Shown: positions 47,290 through 57,800 of the stretch, piece after piece
How positions within the stretch are numbered: the first letter of the stretch is position 1
How the letters are laid out: every line of letters starts with the position of its first letter
DNA from: a virus
Lineage: Duplodnaviria > Caudoviricetes
Reading direction: 5' to 3' (one strand)
Virus record (IMG/VR): IMGVR_UViG_3300026023_000352
Coordinates: 28,133 to 92,132 of that record
Length of the DNA: 64,000 nucleotides
The notes under the pieces: model-generated
Databases searched by the model: none
What the model was told of the DNA's origin: nothing
The model's input: the letters and a program-made list of their open reading frames with translations, nothing else
Translations under genes and position numbers: made by a program

Positions 47290-50200
47290 ATGGCAACCCG
47301 CCGAGGCAATCTTGGCTTCGGTGCAATCGCTACCGGCGCCATATCCGGAGTATCGGAGCCTCGCCCATCATCTGGAGTGGTATATTTCGCCGGCGTTGAA
47401 GATATCCATTTTACGCCAGTCGGAGCCCCTGGGGTTGAGACCGTTGGTAATTTTAGGTCTGCCTGGGTACGATGCTCATTGCATACCTCGTACAATTCGG
47501 GGACCGCAACTGAAAATTACTATCGGGTTGCGGAAGATTTCGGAGTCGTCGCCGAAACGGCTTGGCAAGTTTTCCAAGTACAGCAAGGAACTAGTGCGGT
47601 TGGGTATCCGGCCTTATTTCGGTGGACCGTCGCGGACGCCCCGGTCCTGGCGTTGCGTGCTCGCGCTGGCTTAGTCCCAGAACTGTATTCAGTAAATGGA
47701 GGAACATATACATTATTAAAGACCGGGACAGTCTCTATGCCAGATATAGGGACTCTCGCTCGTCTTGACACCAAGATGGATTTATCTGGCGGGATTTGTC
47801 AAGTCTACATCGACAAGATTTTGTCAATCGATTTCTCCGGAGACCTGACCCAGAGCTCATCATACTCCGCCATCACTGGGTTAGAATTAGGCGGGGGAGC
47901 TGATAACGCATATTTTTCCGAAGTAGCATGGACCACGATAGACACGCGCGATGTCGGGGCAGTCGCCGCCTTACCTCCGATCTCTGATGGCTTTGCTACC
48001 GATTGGATCGGCGATGCCCCAGATGTCAACGAGCTTATCCTTGATGAAGACACTACCAATACAACCAGTATTGCAGGAGCGGTCCAGGAATACACCACCC
48101 TAACACTGCCGGGGAAAGACAGTGTGAATGTTTATGCGGTCGTAGTCGGAGGCCGGGCCGAAGGCGCTAATAATTTGTTGATTCGCACGGGTGGAACAGA
48201 TTACTTATCCTCCGATTATACCCCCACACTTCCCACCAACGAGATGTACGTGTGGCAAACCAATCCGAATACCGGAATTGGTTTTAAACTGCAAGATATC
48301 AATACTCCAGAGTTTAACATAGGAATTAAAAGTCGGGTCGGCACCGAAGAGTTTTCGATTGGCGCGGTGGATTTTGACGGATCGGTGCGCTTATGGAATT
48401 TGCCGGCGCTGCTGGATTCTCCGACCGGATCGCTCTCTTGGTGGATGTATAACAATCCAATAAATGAAGGGCTTCACGAAACGTTCTGGACAGGCGCGAT
48501 AGATCATGACGGCACTTATGTATTAGGCACGGATTTTACGGTTTCTGTGGATTATGGAATAGGTAATCTAACATATTCTGGTAATACAGTAACGGTGCCA
48601 TCTACCGATAGCAGTGACCCAGAAAGTGGCTCTGTAGAGATTATTGGATGGCTGGAGGTTGAATGCACCAGTGGTACGATAGATGTAGATTTTGGTTACA
48701 CAAATGGGCTTGAAAACGCATTTGGTCCGCAGACTGTTACCGCAGGTAATACACGGCGTCTTATCATATCAGCCTCTTTAACAGATTCTTCTGGTATTAC
48801 ATCAGATCCTTATTTGATCGTATCAGGTGGTGGCACTGGCACAATTACGTCTGCCAGTAAATTGATTATGTATTATCGTAATAATAGAGGCTCGATGAAC
48901 GGAGCCAGAAATAACGTATTTGGTACGGTAGTATACGATTCTATCGGCGGCGGTATTTTTCATGCATACGTAACCGGCAGATCATCGACGGCATCTTTCA
49001 GTCTGATAGTTAGCACAATAGCCAAGGGTTATCCTACAGTTCTTACGATGGCGCTTAATCCAACTACTGATGTTTTTCCTGGTCTTTATACTCAATTTAT
49101 CTGCGAGCAGCTCGATTGGCAGCTTGGGTTAATGGATGTACAGGTACTTAGTGTTACATCAACTACGGTAACTTTGGATGTAGATACGAGCGGATTATCA
49201 GATTATGATCCGTTACTTAATCCTGACGGCCACCATCTTCAAATATACGGTCATGCTAAAATAAGAGATGTAACTCGGGCTACCCGAGCTGTAGTAACGT
49301 TTGACACCCCGCATAATATAGAGGCAGGCAGTACCGTAATAAGTCTGGATTTCAGTCAGGATTACGCTCTACCAAATACCTGGAGAGATGCCTTATTTCA
49401 TGGTTCTGAGCATCATGTTATTTCTGTAACAGACACAACGATAACTATAGATGTTGATACATCTTGGGTAGGAACCGCATATGACGCTGATGATTTTGGC
49501 AATAGGTTAAGTTTTTTCCAAGTTGTAAACAGTTTTACGTACTACTTGTTTGACGGCATAGATGGCCCTACTCCTAACGAAATAAACCCTCGATATACAA
49601 CGCCGCTGCCAGAACGGTCCTATACCAATATCTTAGTGTCATGGGATACCGATCACGACCTTGGATCTAAAATATTTGATATGTACTTTGGGGATACCCT
49701 TGTTTTTAGAGGAGACATGAATGATAAAGGCACAAATTTTGATGTAAGATGGAGCATTACACCAGAAGATGTTGGCGATGATCCACCAACAGAGCCTCCT
49801 AGTGATTCTAATTTTGGTGCCGGATACTGGTTACTCTTCGGTGGGCTATACTCTTATGTCGCCGAATTTTGGTTCGATAATCAAAATAGAATAGATTTCA
49901 GTGATTCCGCCAATCGAGCAAAATTTCATGATGACGACGGAAATCCTATATTTTTAGGGACCCAAGGAGAGCTACCAACAGGAAGTCCCCCGACAATCTA
50001 TTTGCATATAGACGCAGATCCCGAACCGGCGGTGCCTCCGGCAAGCGATTTCCTGATAAATAGAGCCGATCCGCTCGGGGAAAATTTACGTCTTAATACA
50101 GGGTGGTCTACGTTTAATCTAGCTCCAGTACCGATTACTACGGGCGGGGGCGGAGGTGGCGGTGGCGGTGACAGCGCTGACGCCACGCTATACAAATTGA

Positions 50201-50826
50201 TCGGCGTTGCCGTAATTGCTTTCACGGAGGTTGTGCGCTGCCCGGTTGGGATGGCTGAGTACACGGAAACAAACGGTCTAACGATTGGGTATCTGGTTAA
50301 GGGTGCTTTGCCGGGTTTTGCCACGTTGCGATCACAGCTCGTCGATAAGGAACAGGTACGCTATAGAATAACCAACTCCCAGAAAGAAGAAGTCGGGGAG
50401 GGATGGTTTGATTGGCCGGGCAACATTCTGAATCGGACGAGATTCATAGTACCGACATCCGGCATTGACTGGGGACCAGGCCGTAAGCTCATCCATATCA
50501 TCGAGGACTACGATGACGATGTGTGTCTCGGCGCGACAATAAATCCGCTTTCTCCGCTTTCTGTCGGTATAGCGGAATACACACTAACCGAAGGGACTGG
50601 ACCATATCAATTGCGAGGGCCTGTAAGAGAGTTTTTTACTCTACTGGGACGCATCCCTGATGGAGCCACCGTGAAGTACCGGGCCACCAATGTTGCTAAA
50701 GAAGAATACGGTGAAGGCACCTTCGACGCTGCTAACAATCAACTAATAAGAAATGCACCGGAAATCCCCTCGACGCTCATTAACTGGGGTCCTGGTCGAA
50801 AATTGATTTACATAAACGAGAAGTGA
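47290..50826 (+). CDS. large multidomain tail/receptor-binding protein
   Basis: 1178 aa, acidic and beta-rich; Gly linker; two C-terminal WGPGRKLI domains. Confidence 0.75.
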   Translation: MATRRGNLGFGAIATGAISGVSEPRPSSGVVYFAGVEDIHFTPVGAPGVETVGNFRSAWVRCSLHTSYNSGTATENYYRVAEDFGVVAETAWQVFQVQQGTSAVGYPALFRWTVADAPVLALRARAGLVPELYSVNGGTYTLLKTGTVSMPDIGTLARLDTKMDLSGGICQVYIDKILSIDFSGDLTQSSSYSAITGLELGGGADNAYFSEVAWTTIDTRDVGAVAALPPISDGFATDWIGDAPDVNELILDEDTTNTTSIAGAVQEYTTLTLPGKDSVNVYAVVVGGRAEGANNLLIRTGGTDYLSSDYTPTLPTNEMYVWQTNPNTGIGFKLQDINTPEFNIGIKSRVGTEEFSIGAVDFDGSVRLWNLPALLDSPTGSLSWWMYNNPINEGLHETFWTGAIDHDGTYVLGTDFTVSVDYGIGNLTYSGNTVTVPSTDSSDPESGSVEIIGWLEVECTSGTIDVDFGYTNGLENAFGPQTVTAGNTRRLIISASLTDSSGITSDPYLIVSGGGTGTITSASKLIMYYRNNRGSMNGARNNVFGTVVYDSIGGGIFHAYVTGRSSTASFSLIVSTIAKGYPTVLTMALNPTTDVFPGLYTQFICEQLDWQLGLMDVQVLSVTSTTVTLDVDTSGLSDYDPLLNPDGHHLQIYGHAKIRDVTRATRAVVTFDTPHNIEAGSTVISLDFSQDYALPNTWRDALFHGSEHHVISVTDTTITIDVDTSWVGTAYDADDFGNRLSFFQVVNSFTYYLFDGIDGPTPNEINPRYTTPLPERSYTNILVSWDTDHDLGSKIFDMYFGDTLVFRGDMNDKGTNFDVRWSITPEDVGDDPPTEPPSDSNFGAGYWLLFGGLYSYVAEFWFDNQNRIDFSDSANRAKFHDDDGNPIFLGTQGELPTGSPPTIYLHIDADPEPAVPPASDFLINRADPLGENLRLNTGWSTFNLAPVPITTGGGGGGGGGDSADATLYKLIGVAVIAFTEVVRCPVGMAEYTETNGLTIGYLVKGALPGFATLRSQLVDKEQVRYRITNSQKEEVGEGWFDWPGNILNRTRFIVPTSGIDWGPGRKLIHIIEDYDDDVCLGATINPLSPLSVGIAEYTLTEGTGPYQLRGPVREFFTLLGRIPDGATVKYRATNVAKEEYGEGTFDAANNQLIRNAPEIPSTLINWGPGRKLIYINEK

Positions 50827-50829
50827 CGA

Positions 50830-51051
50830 ATGGACAATGCTTTAACACCTCTTGAGATTATCAAATCTCAACGAGACAGCCTCGCTGTGGCTTATCACGA
50901 TTTGCAGGTAGAGCTTGCCCTGCTCAAGAACTCATTAACGCAAACCAATCAACTACTGGAGATGGCGAGAGCCAGAATATTTGAATTAGAAACTCCCGCA
51001 ACCGGATTTGTGAAGATCGCAAGCCATGCCGCTACCGACGCCGCAGCGTGA
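50830..51051 (+). CDS. small coiled-coil protein
   Basis: Heptad pattern; sits within the operon. Confidence 0.6.
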   Translation: MDNALTPLEIIKSQRDSLAVAYHDLQVELALLKNSLTQTNQLLEMARARIFELETPATGFVKIASHAATDAAA

Positions 51052-52705
51052 GCTTGTAACCGCTATCGAATTTGATCTGCTGAATGGAGCGGACATTGAG
51101 ACTCTGCGTCTTTGCGATGTGGGGCCGGTCCTCGGCGCTACGGCCACTGAAACCACGATAATCTCCGCAAATTTTAGGCCATGCCTTTATGTCCCCGTTG
51201 AGATCGCGTCTCGGATTGTCTCGGACGGCCTCGGCGATGTGATGCCATCGTCAAGTGATGGCGGCGGGTCCATCAAATTCTCGATGCGGGACTCGCGCCC
51301 AGGATATCCGGAAACGGACCCGCGACTCTGGCAATACTTGGATATGTCATGGATTGGTCGAGAGGTAAGGATCTATACTGGTGAGCCCGCCGATCTTTTT
51401 GATGAATATGAGCTGTCGTATGTCGGACGTATCAATGACTTAGCGCATGATACTCTAGATGTTACGATAAAAACCGCAGATACGAGCATCGACCTCGATG
51501 ATGCGTTGGTGCCCGCTCTGTATCGCTTATTTGAAATAGATCCTGACGATATGGAAATTCCGGATATTCTCTTGCGGACTTTGATTGGAGCTAATGATAT
51601 TCCTGAAGTTCTGATTGGAAAACCGGAACCAGAGCTTCGTGGAAAAGGATTTAATATTCCGGCAATTCTGGTAAGTGATACAGATTTTGGTGCTCCGTTA
51701 TATTATCACGTATCGCGCTTTCCGCTTTCCGATATTACCGAAGTCAGAGTCGGAGGCATTCCCTGGGATAAAGTCGCAGCCGATCCCGTTGCTGGACAAT
51801 GGGCGCCAGTCTTAGGAACTGGTGCTTTTGTTCTTGGCGGAATTACGGGCGGCCTTGATGTTCGGTGCGATGCTAGCAGTGTAGATGGCGATTCGATGAC
51901 GACTGCTACCCTGCTCACTCAATTTGTAACGGAAGCTGGCGGTGAAGTCAACGAAGAGTCGATGCTGCAACTACAACTCGATGCTCCGTATGTTATTGGA
52001 TGGTGGACCGGCACCGACTCTGTAAATCGGCTTGACGCTTTCAATGAAATTATGGCGAGCGTAGCCGGATGGTGGGGAGTTGATTTAGAGGGTAAGATTA
52101 TTGCCGGTATATATAAAAGGGCCGGACCAACAGACGACACAGAGGGATATTCAATTCCAGATTTCCCTATTGGACCGGGATCTTCGGTAGGGGTGCATCC
52201 CATAATCATTACCCACGAAGAGGAATCAGATTTCTTGGAGACCGAAGCTGATTTTGTGTTACGTAACAATGTCGAAAGCATTCAGCTATTGAGAACTTTG
52301 CCGCCCGCGTGGCGAGTCAGAGTTGAGTGGATGCGGAATTGGGGACCGCTCACCACCTTTGCTGACGCGGTAAGGGAGCTTGATCAACAGACCTGGCAAG
52401 AGCCCGGAAAGATTGCACCAGCGATCTCGAACAGAATCCTCAAGAACAAGGAACCGCGAGCCGTTGATTTGCCGCTGATTAGGTCGCTGGTTCAGAGCCA
52501 GCGAGACGCTGAACTCATTCGCGATCGTGTCGCTAGTATCTTTGGAATCTACAGACATATTTATGATGTGAAGGCATACGTGGATTCGCCGGATTTATAT
52601 AGCTTCGCATTTGTTGATTATAAAATGGTTCAGGGTTTCTACCGTGTGCTAAGCGTATCTCGTGGATATGGCGCTGGGCCGTGTACTATTCAGATTTGGG
52701 GTTAG
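51026..52705 (+). CDS. tail tip protein
   Basis: WIGREVRIYTG...GKPEPELRG..FNIPA. Confidence 0.75.
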   Translation: MPLPTPQRELVTAIEFDLLNGADIETLRLCDVGPVLGATATETTIISANFRPCLYVPVEIASRIVSDGLGDVMPSSSDGGGSIKFSMRDSRPGYPETDPRLWQYLDMSWIGREVRIYTGEPADLFDEYELSYVGRINDLAHDTLDVTIKTADTSIDLDDALVPALYRLFEIDPDDMEIPDILLRTLIGANDIPEVLIGKPEPELRGKGFNIPAILVSDTDFGAPLYYHVSRFPLSDITEVRVGGIPWDKVAADPVAGQWAPVLGTGAFVLGGITGGLDVRCDASSVDGDSMTTATLLTQFVTEAGGEVNEESMLQLQLDAPYVIGWWTGTDSVNRLDAFNEIMASVAGWWGVDLEGKIIAGIYKRAGPTDDTEGYSIPDFPIGPGSSVGVHPIIITHEEESDFLETEADFVLRNNVESIQLLRTLPPAWRVRVEWMRNWGPLTTFADAVRELDQQTWQEPGKIAPAISNRILKNKEPRAVDLPLIRSLVQSQRDAELIRDRVASIFGIYRHIYDVKAYVDSPDLYSFAFVDYKMVQGFYRVLSVSRGYGAGPCTIQIWG

Positions 52706-52714
52706 GGAGTCGGA

Positions 52715-53548
52715 GTGACGCATCGAAATGGTCTGATAACCCGCCGCAATGCTCTGCACGACAGGAATGCATCTCTGTCTGGCGGCCCCTGTACTATCGC
52801 CAATCCAATTGAAAACATACTCGATATAAATCCACAAATCGCAGCAGAATCGACCGGAAGCTCACTTTCATTCACGGGCAGTTGGGGCGCAGAATATCCG
52901 ATCGGCCTTATTGCGTTCGCTGGATTAAGAACGTCCAGTAACGGTACGATGAGAGTGACGGCAGGAAGCTATGACAGCGGCACGGTCACGACCTGGCCAG
53001 AGACGGGGTTTGCCGGTGTGATCGATCCAGAAACCGGCAACTGGACTCTTAATGGTGTATATCCAGAAGATGTGGTTATCGCGCTTGGGTACACGCGTGT
53101 ATTTATTCCTACTACTCCGGTACGGGCAAGTTCGTTTTCCGTGGAAATAAATGACGTAGGCACTGTTGTCAGTGTTGGGGTTGCTGGAGCTTATACGGTA
53201 TGGGAACCTCCCGTCAATTTTGACTACAAATGGACGATGAGCCCAATTGATTCAAGCGAAAAAGTCCGGGTTCAGCGAGGGGCGACCTTTATCGATAAGC
53301 GGCCTATATTTAGACGATTGAGTCTTGGATTCCCGTATCTTCCAGAAGATGACTTCTGGCTAGGTGGATTTGATGCGGTGGTATCGAAGGGGCAGTCCGA
53401 GCCTCTTTGGGTCGTTCCATACAGCGACCCAACCGAGGTAAACAAATGGGAGAAGGCGGCTGTCTACGGCTTAATAAGCCGAGAGAGCGAGCTGTCTAAT
53501 CCGCTTTTTGGTGAGTACGCATTGCCGATTCAGATTGATCAGTTATAA
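52715..53548 (+). CDS. tail protein (distal tail-like)
   Basis: WEPPVNFDY.W...RRLSLGF...YGLI. Confidence 0.7.
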   Translation: MTHRNGLITRRNALHDRNASLSGGPCTIANPIENILDINPQIAAESTGSSLSFTGSWGAEYPIGLIAFAGLRTSSNGTMRVTAGSYDSGTVTTWPETGFAGVIDPETGNWTLNGVYPEDVVIALGYTRVFIPTTPVRASSFSVEINDVGTVVSVGVAGAYTVWEPPVNFDYKWTMSPIDSSEKVRVQRGATFIDKRPIFRRLSLGFPYLPEDDFWLGGFDAVVSKGQSEPLWVVPYSDPTEVNKWEKAAVYGLISRESELSNPLFGEYALPIQIDQL

Positions 53549-53551
53549 GGC

Positions 53552-53696
53552 GCTGCAGGCGAGGCGCTACTCTCGCTATCACGGGACGGGATTCGAACCC
53601 GCATCCACCCGAGGCCCGACATAGGGCCTGCCTTCCGCTCCCACGGATAGGCTTCGACGCGTCCGTCTGCGTGTCTGCTTTCCACGCCGCTACAGC
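53552..53696 (-). ncRNA. tRNA-like structured RNA of about 145 nt (not a canonical tRNA)
   Basis: Closing stem GCTGTAG/CTGCAGC, D-like arm GCGTG-GAAAGCAGA-CACGC, T-arm GCGGG-TTCGAAT-CCCGT, plus extra hairpins. Confidence 0.6.
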
Positions 53697-53737
53697 AAAC
53701 AGACCTTATCACATAGCTTGTCCGGAGCGCTAGCCGC

Positions 53738-54760
53738 ATGCCGTTTACAATAACGCCGACGATCTCAAGTATCACCATAAATGGCCATACCTATGTCCAC
53801 TCAGACTGGGAGACCAATACCCCAGGAACGCTGAGCGGTCTTGCTAATGATTTTGTCACGACGATCGCGGCGCTGGGGGCCACAACCGGCACTTATAGCG
53901 CATCCATATCCGGCGATACAACGATTTCCGGCGGAAATGCCGCCAATCTAACATTCGTTTTCACTGGTGCGCTATCCGGTAATGCGAACATTACATTCCC
54001 GGCGGGTGCGCGCACCATATCCGTGGTCAATAATACGACAGGATCACATGCGCTGCTTGTAGGATACGCTACCGGCACCAAGGCCACGATCCCGGCGTCT
54101 GGCAGCGGCCATGTCGTAGGTGACGGGACCAACTACAAGCTCGTAGACGGCATTGCCTCCTCATCTGGTGGCATCTCCGCGCCAGGTACGCTCGCCGTTG
54201 CCGGCGCGACGACACTGGCCAGCACATTGGGAGTCACGGGGGCCGTGACGGCTGCCGCAGCTCTGACTGTCGGAACGACGCTGGGTGTCACGGGCGCCTC
54301 GACCGTGGCGGCCGTGACGGCTTCCGGCACCCTAACGGCCAATGGAGCTGTCGTCGCCACAAGCACGCTGACAGTAACCGGGGCCACGGTTCTAAGCAGC
54401 ACTCTCTCCGTTGCCGGCGCTATGACTTCAACCGCAAACATCACCTCAACGGGCACAATCGCCGCTCCTGCGGTTGCGGCGCGGAGCGCCTCGGTCGGAA
54501 CCATCATTTACGCTGACTCCCCTGGCGGAACACAGTCGGCTATTTTATTTCAAGATACGTCAGTAACACGGTGGTTGCTCGGTAAGAGTACAGGCAGCGA
54601 TTTCCGACTCGCGCGATATAACTCTAGCGGGGTCTATCAGTCGGATGTTTTTATTGTTGATGAAACGAATGGTAGGATCACGCTTAACGTGCCAACTAGT
54701 TCTTCTGGATTATCGACAGGGCAAATATGGAGCAACAGCGGCGTGCTGACGTTAGCTTAG
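53738..54760 (+). CDS. tail fibre protein
   Basis: FTGALSGN.N..FP...NNTTG; TLGVTGA repeats; GQIWSNSGVL. Confidence 0.75.
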   Translation: MPFTITPTISSITINGHTYVHSDWETNTPGTLSGLANDFVTTIAALGATTGTYSASISGDTTISGGNAANLTFVFTGALSGNANITFPAGARTISVVNNTTGSHALLVGYATGTKATIPASGSGHVVGDGTNYKLVDGIASSSGGISAPGTLAVAGATTLASTLGVTGAVTAAAALTVGTTLGVTGASTVAAVTASGTLTANGAVVATSTLTVTGATVLSSTLSVAGAMTSTANITSTGTIAAPAVAARSASVGTIIYADSPGGTQSAILFQDTSVTRWLLGKSTGSDFRLARYNSSGVYQSDVFIVDETNGRITLNVPTSSSGLSTGQIWSNSGVLTLA

Positions 54761-54854
54761 TCGCGCGCATCTCATCTCCCGAATAACCAAACTGACTCCA
54801 AGCCGCTCCGGGCTCGCTCTCGGATGGCGTGTGCTCATTCAAAGGATTGTAAAA

Positions 54855-57800
54855 ATGGCGAAGCAATTTCTTCTCGCCACGGTTCTGGCTGCATCTTTAC
54901 TCCCGACCGCAGCGCAGGCTGCCCCTAAAGATCATGCCGTTCCGGCAGCGCAGGGAGGCCCGGTCTCTCCTGCTGATATTGCGAAGCTCCGGGCCGACAT
55001 GGCGGCGCTCGGACAACAGATCGATACCCTGGCGCAGGGATCTCAAGTCGATCCCGCGGTCATCGCGGACATCCAAGCTCGGCTTGCTGCAGCCGAGAAA
55101 AACGTGGCTGCGCTATCGAATCGAGTCGGAAGTGCCGAGACCAGGCTCGCCGACGCTGCCGCCGTGATAAACACGCTTGCCGATCGCGTACTGGCTCTCG
55201 AAAAAGCAGTGCTGCCTGGCCCTGATCCCACGCTAACGATTAGCGCCACCCCCTCGACCGTCGTCGCGGGCGGGGTGGTCAGCATCGGCTGGGAGGCTCT
55301 CAACGTCATAGCCGGGGATGCAGCCTGCACCGCGAGCGGCGCATGGACCGGGCCGCGGAAGGCGAAGGACAGCCTAGACGTGACCCCGCTCGTAAGCGTG
55401 GTCTACATGCTTCAATGCGCCGGGTTGAACGGAAAGAGCGTGATCGGCTCGGCGGCGGTTACAGTGACGGCAGCACCACCGCCACCTAGCGCAATGGGGC
55501 CGCTAACTCACCCGCCCGGCAACAATTACTTCGTAAAGCCTGATGGCGCTCCTGTACTTTTAACTGGTTCCCATACCTGGAACAATTTGCAAGACGAAGG
55601 GGCGACGTTTCCCCCAGCTTCGCTCGACTACGCTGGCTATCTCAATTGGATGCAAAGCAATACTTTCAACTTCATGCGCTTGTGGAATATCGGGGAGCAG
55701 CCATATAGCGCGCCGTGGGCTGCCGTTTGGTACATCGATCCGCAGCCGTATACTAGAACCGGCCCAGGCAACGCAGCGGACGGCAAACCCAAGTTTGACC
55801 TAACCAAACTCAATCAATCCTATTTCGACCGGATGCGGGCGCGGGTTATCGCCGCCGGGCAGAAGGGCGTTTATGCGGACGTTATGCTCTTTGAAGGATG
55901 GAGTATCGGCCCGGTAACGGGTGGAACGAACCCTTGGACATATCATCCTTTCAACGTAAAGAACAACATCAATGGCATCGACGGCGATCCGTCGAATACT
56001 GGAAACGGCTATGCGATACAGACAGCGAGCGCGCCCGCTGCCGTGCTGGCGGCGCAGCAAGCCTATGTTCGAAAGGTGATCGATACTGTCGGCGATCTCG
56101 ACAATGTGCTCTATGAGATCAGCAACGAGTCACAGCCGACTTCGGCGCAGTGGCAGTACGATATGATAAACTACATCAAGAGCTACGAGGCCGGAAAACC
56201 GAAGCAGCACCCCGTTGGTATGAGCGCAGTGGGGTGTGCCGGTTGCATGACTGACAATGCGGCCATTATTAACAGCCCCGCAGACTGGGTATCACCGGGC
56301 GCAAATGCTGGTGGCTACAAAGATAACCCAACGGCCAACAACGGCGCGAAGGTCGTCGTAAATGACACCGACCATCTCTGGGGCGGCGGCGGCAGCGCGG
56401 ACTGGGTATGGAAATCGTTCACGCGGGGCCTCAATCCAATCTTCATGGACGACCTCGACAACACGGGCATCAGTCTTGGCGGCCGAGCTGCTACCTTTGA
56501 TCCGGCCTGGTACACTACGCGCGCAGGCATGACTCAGGTTGCCGCCGCCGCGGCGAAGATCGATCTCAAAAAAGTTAAACCGCACGGCGAGCTGACCTCA
56601 ACGACCTACGCGCTGGCCGATCCCTGCAACCAGTATCTCGTTTACGGAACCGGCGGCGGTTTTACCGTCAACCTTTCCGCCTGTACGGGCGTCGGATTCG
56701 ATGCGAGCTGGTCTGACCTGAACGGTAAAGCCTACCCGGCCACACAAGTCAACGGCGGTACGAACGCGAATTTAACCCCGCCATTCAGTGGTTCGTCGGT
56801 TCTGCTCTTAACAAAATCGTCCGTCGTTCCGCCGCCGGTAATTTCACCGGACGGCAGCGTGCTTGCGGGAGGGCAGACAGGCACGCTCACGACCACGCTC
56901 GGGGTGTGGACGTGGGGAACTACAAGCTCGGCCGGCAACTGGAACATCCTCCTCAATGGTCGATCGACCGCAGGGACCGGAAGTCGTCTGCAAGTTGATC
57001 GCGGCGGAAAGCTCTACACGCTCGGGACTGACCGCTCGTGGTATGTCGCTACTGGCTCGGCGAGTTGGGCAAAGGCCATCGATCCAAACTTACCTCCACC
57101 GCCACCGCCACCGCCGCCTCAGCCTCCGTTGCCACCCGGCAACTCGATGCTGCTGCAAAACGTCAGCGGTGCGCTAGTTCAAAACTACTTATGGCAAATT
57201 GGACGCCCATTCGTCTGCGGCGAGATCGCTCATTACCCGCAGGTTGTTCTTAACGGTCAGTCGATTTCAACTCAGGCCGATGTCAAGAACCGCTGTCCGG
57301 ACGGCTCGGTAAAATTCGCGGTGATCGCGGCGGTGATTCCCCAACTGCCTGTGGACACGTCGCAAATCGTGACGTTCCAAGACCAGACAAGCAGCAACAA
57401 CACGCCAATCTCGACGGCCGACCTACTGACGCAGTTCCCCGATTTCGACGCGACGATCAAGATATCGGGCGCGGCAGTTGGGGCAAAGTCGTCCGTATCG
57501 GCCCGGCAGATGCTCGCTGATGGCAACTGCAAGCCGTGGACCTCCGGCCCGGTGGCGCAGACGATGATCTGCGCCGACCGCTCCGCCGCGCGCACTTACG
57601 ACATGGGCTCAGATAAATGGCGCTCGCTGCATCCCGAGTTCATTGTCACCTTCTGGCCTGCGACGAAGCAGGTATTTGTCCGCTACGTCGGCGAGATCAG
57701 CAATTCGCAGGCGCTCGAAGCCTTCCCTTGCGACCTCGAATTGACGGCTGGGAAGGCCAACCCTGTCTCGGTCTATAAACAGGCCAACGTAACTCACTCG

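Noticed and set aside
53552-53696. Canonical tRNA gene (also 32753-32867)
   Set aside because: A T-loop is present, but arm lengths, anticodon arm and acceptor geometry do not fit a cloverleaf.
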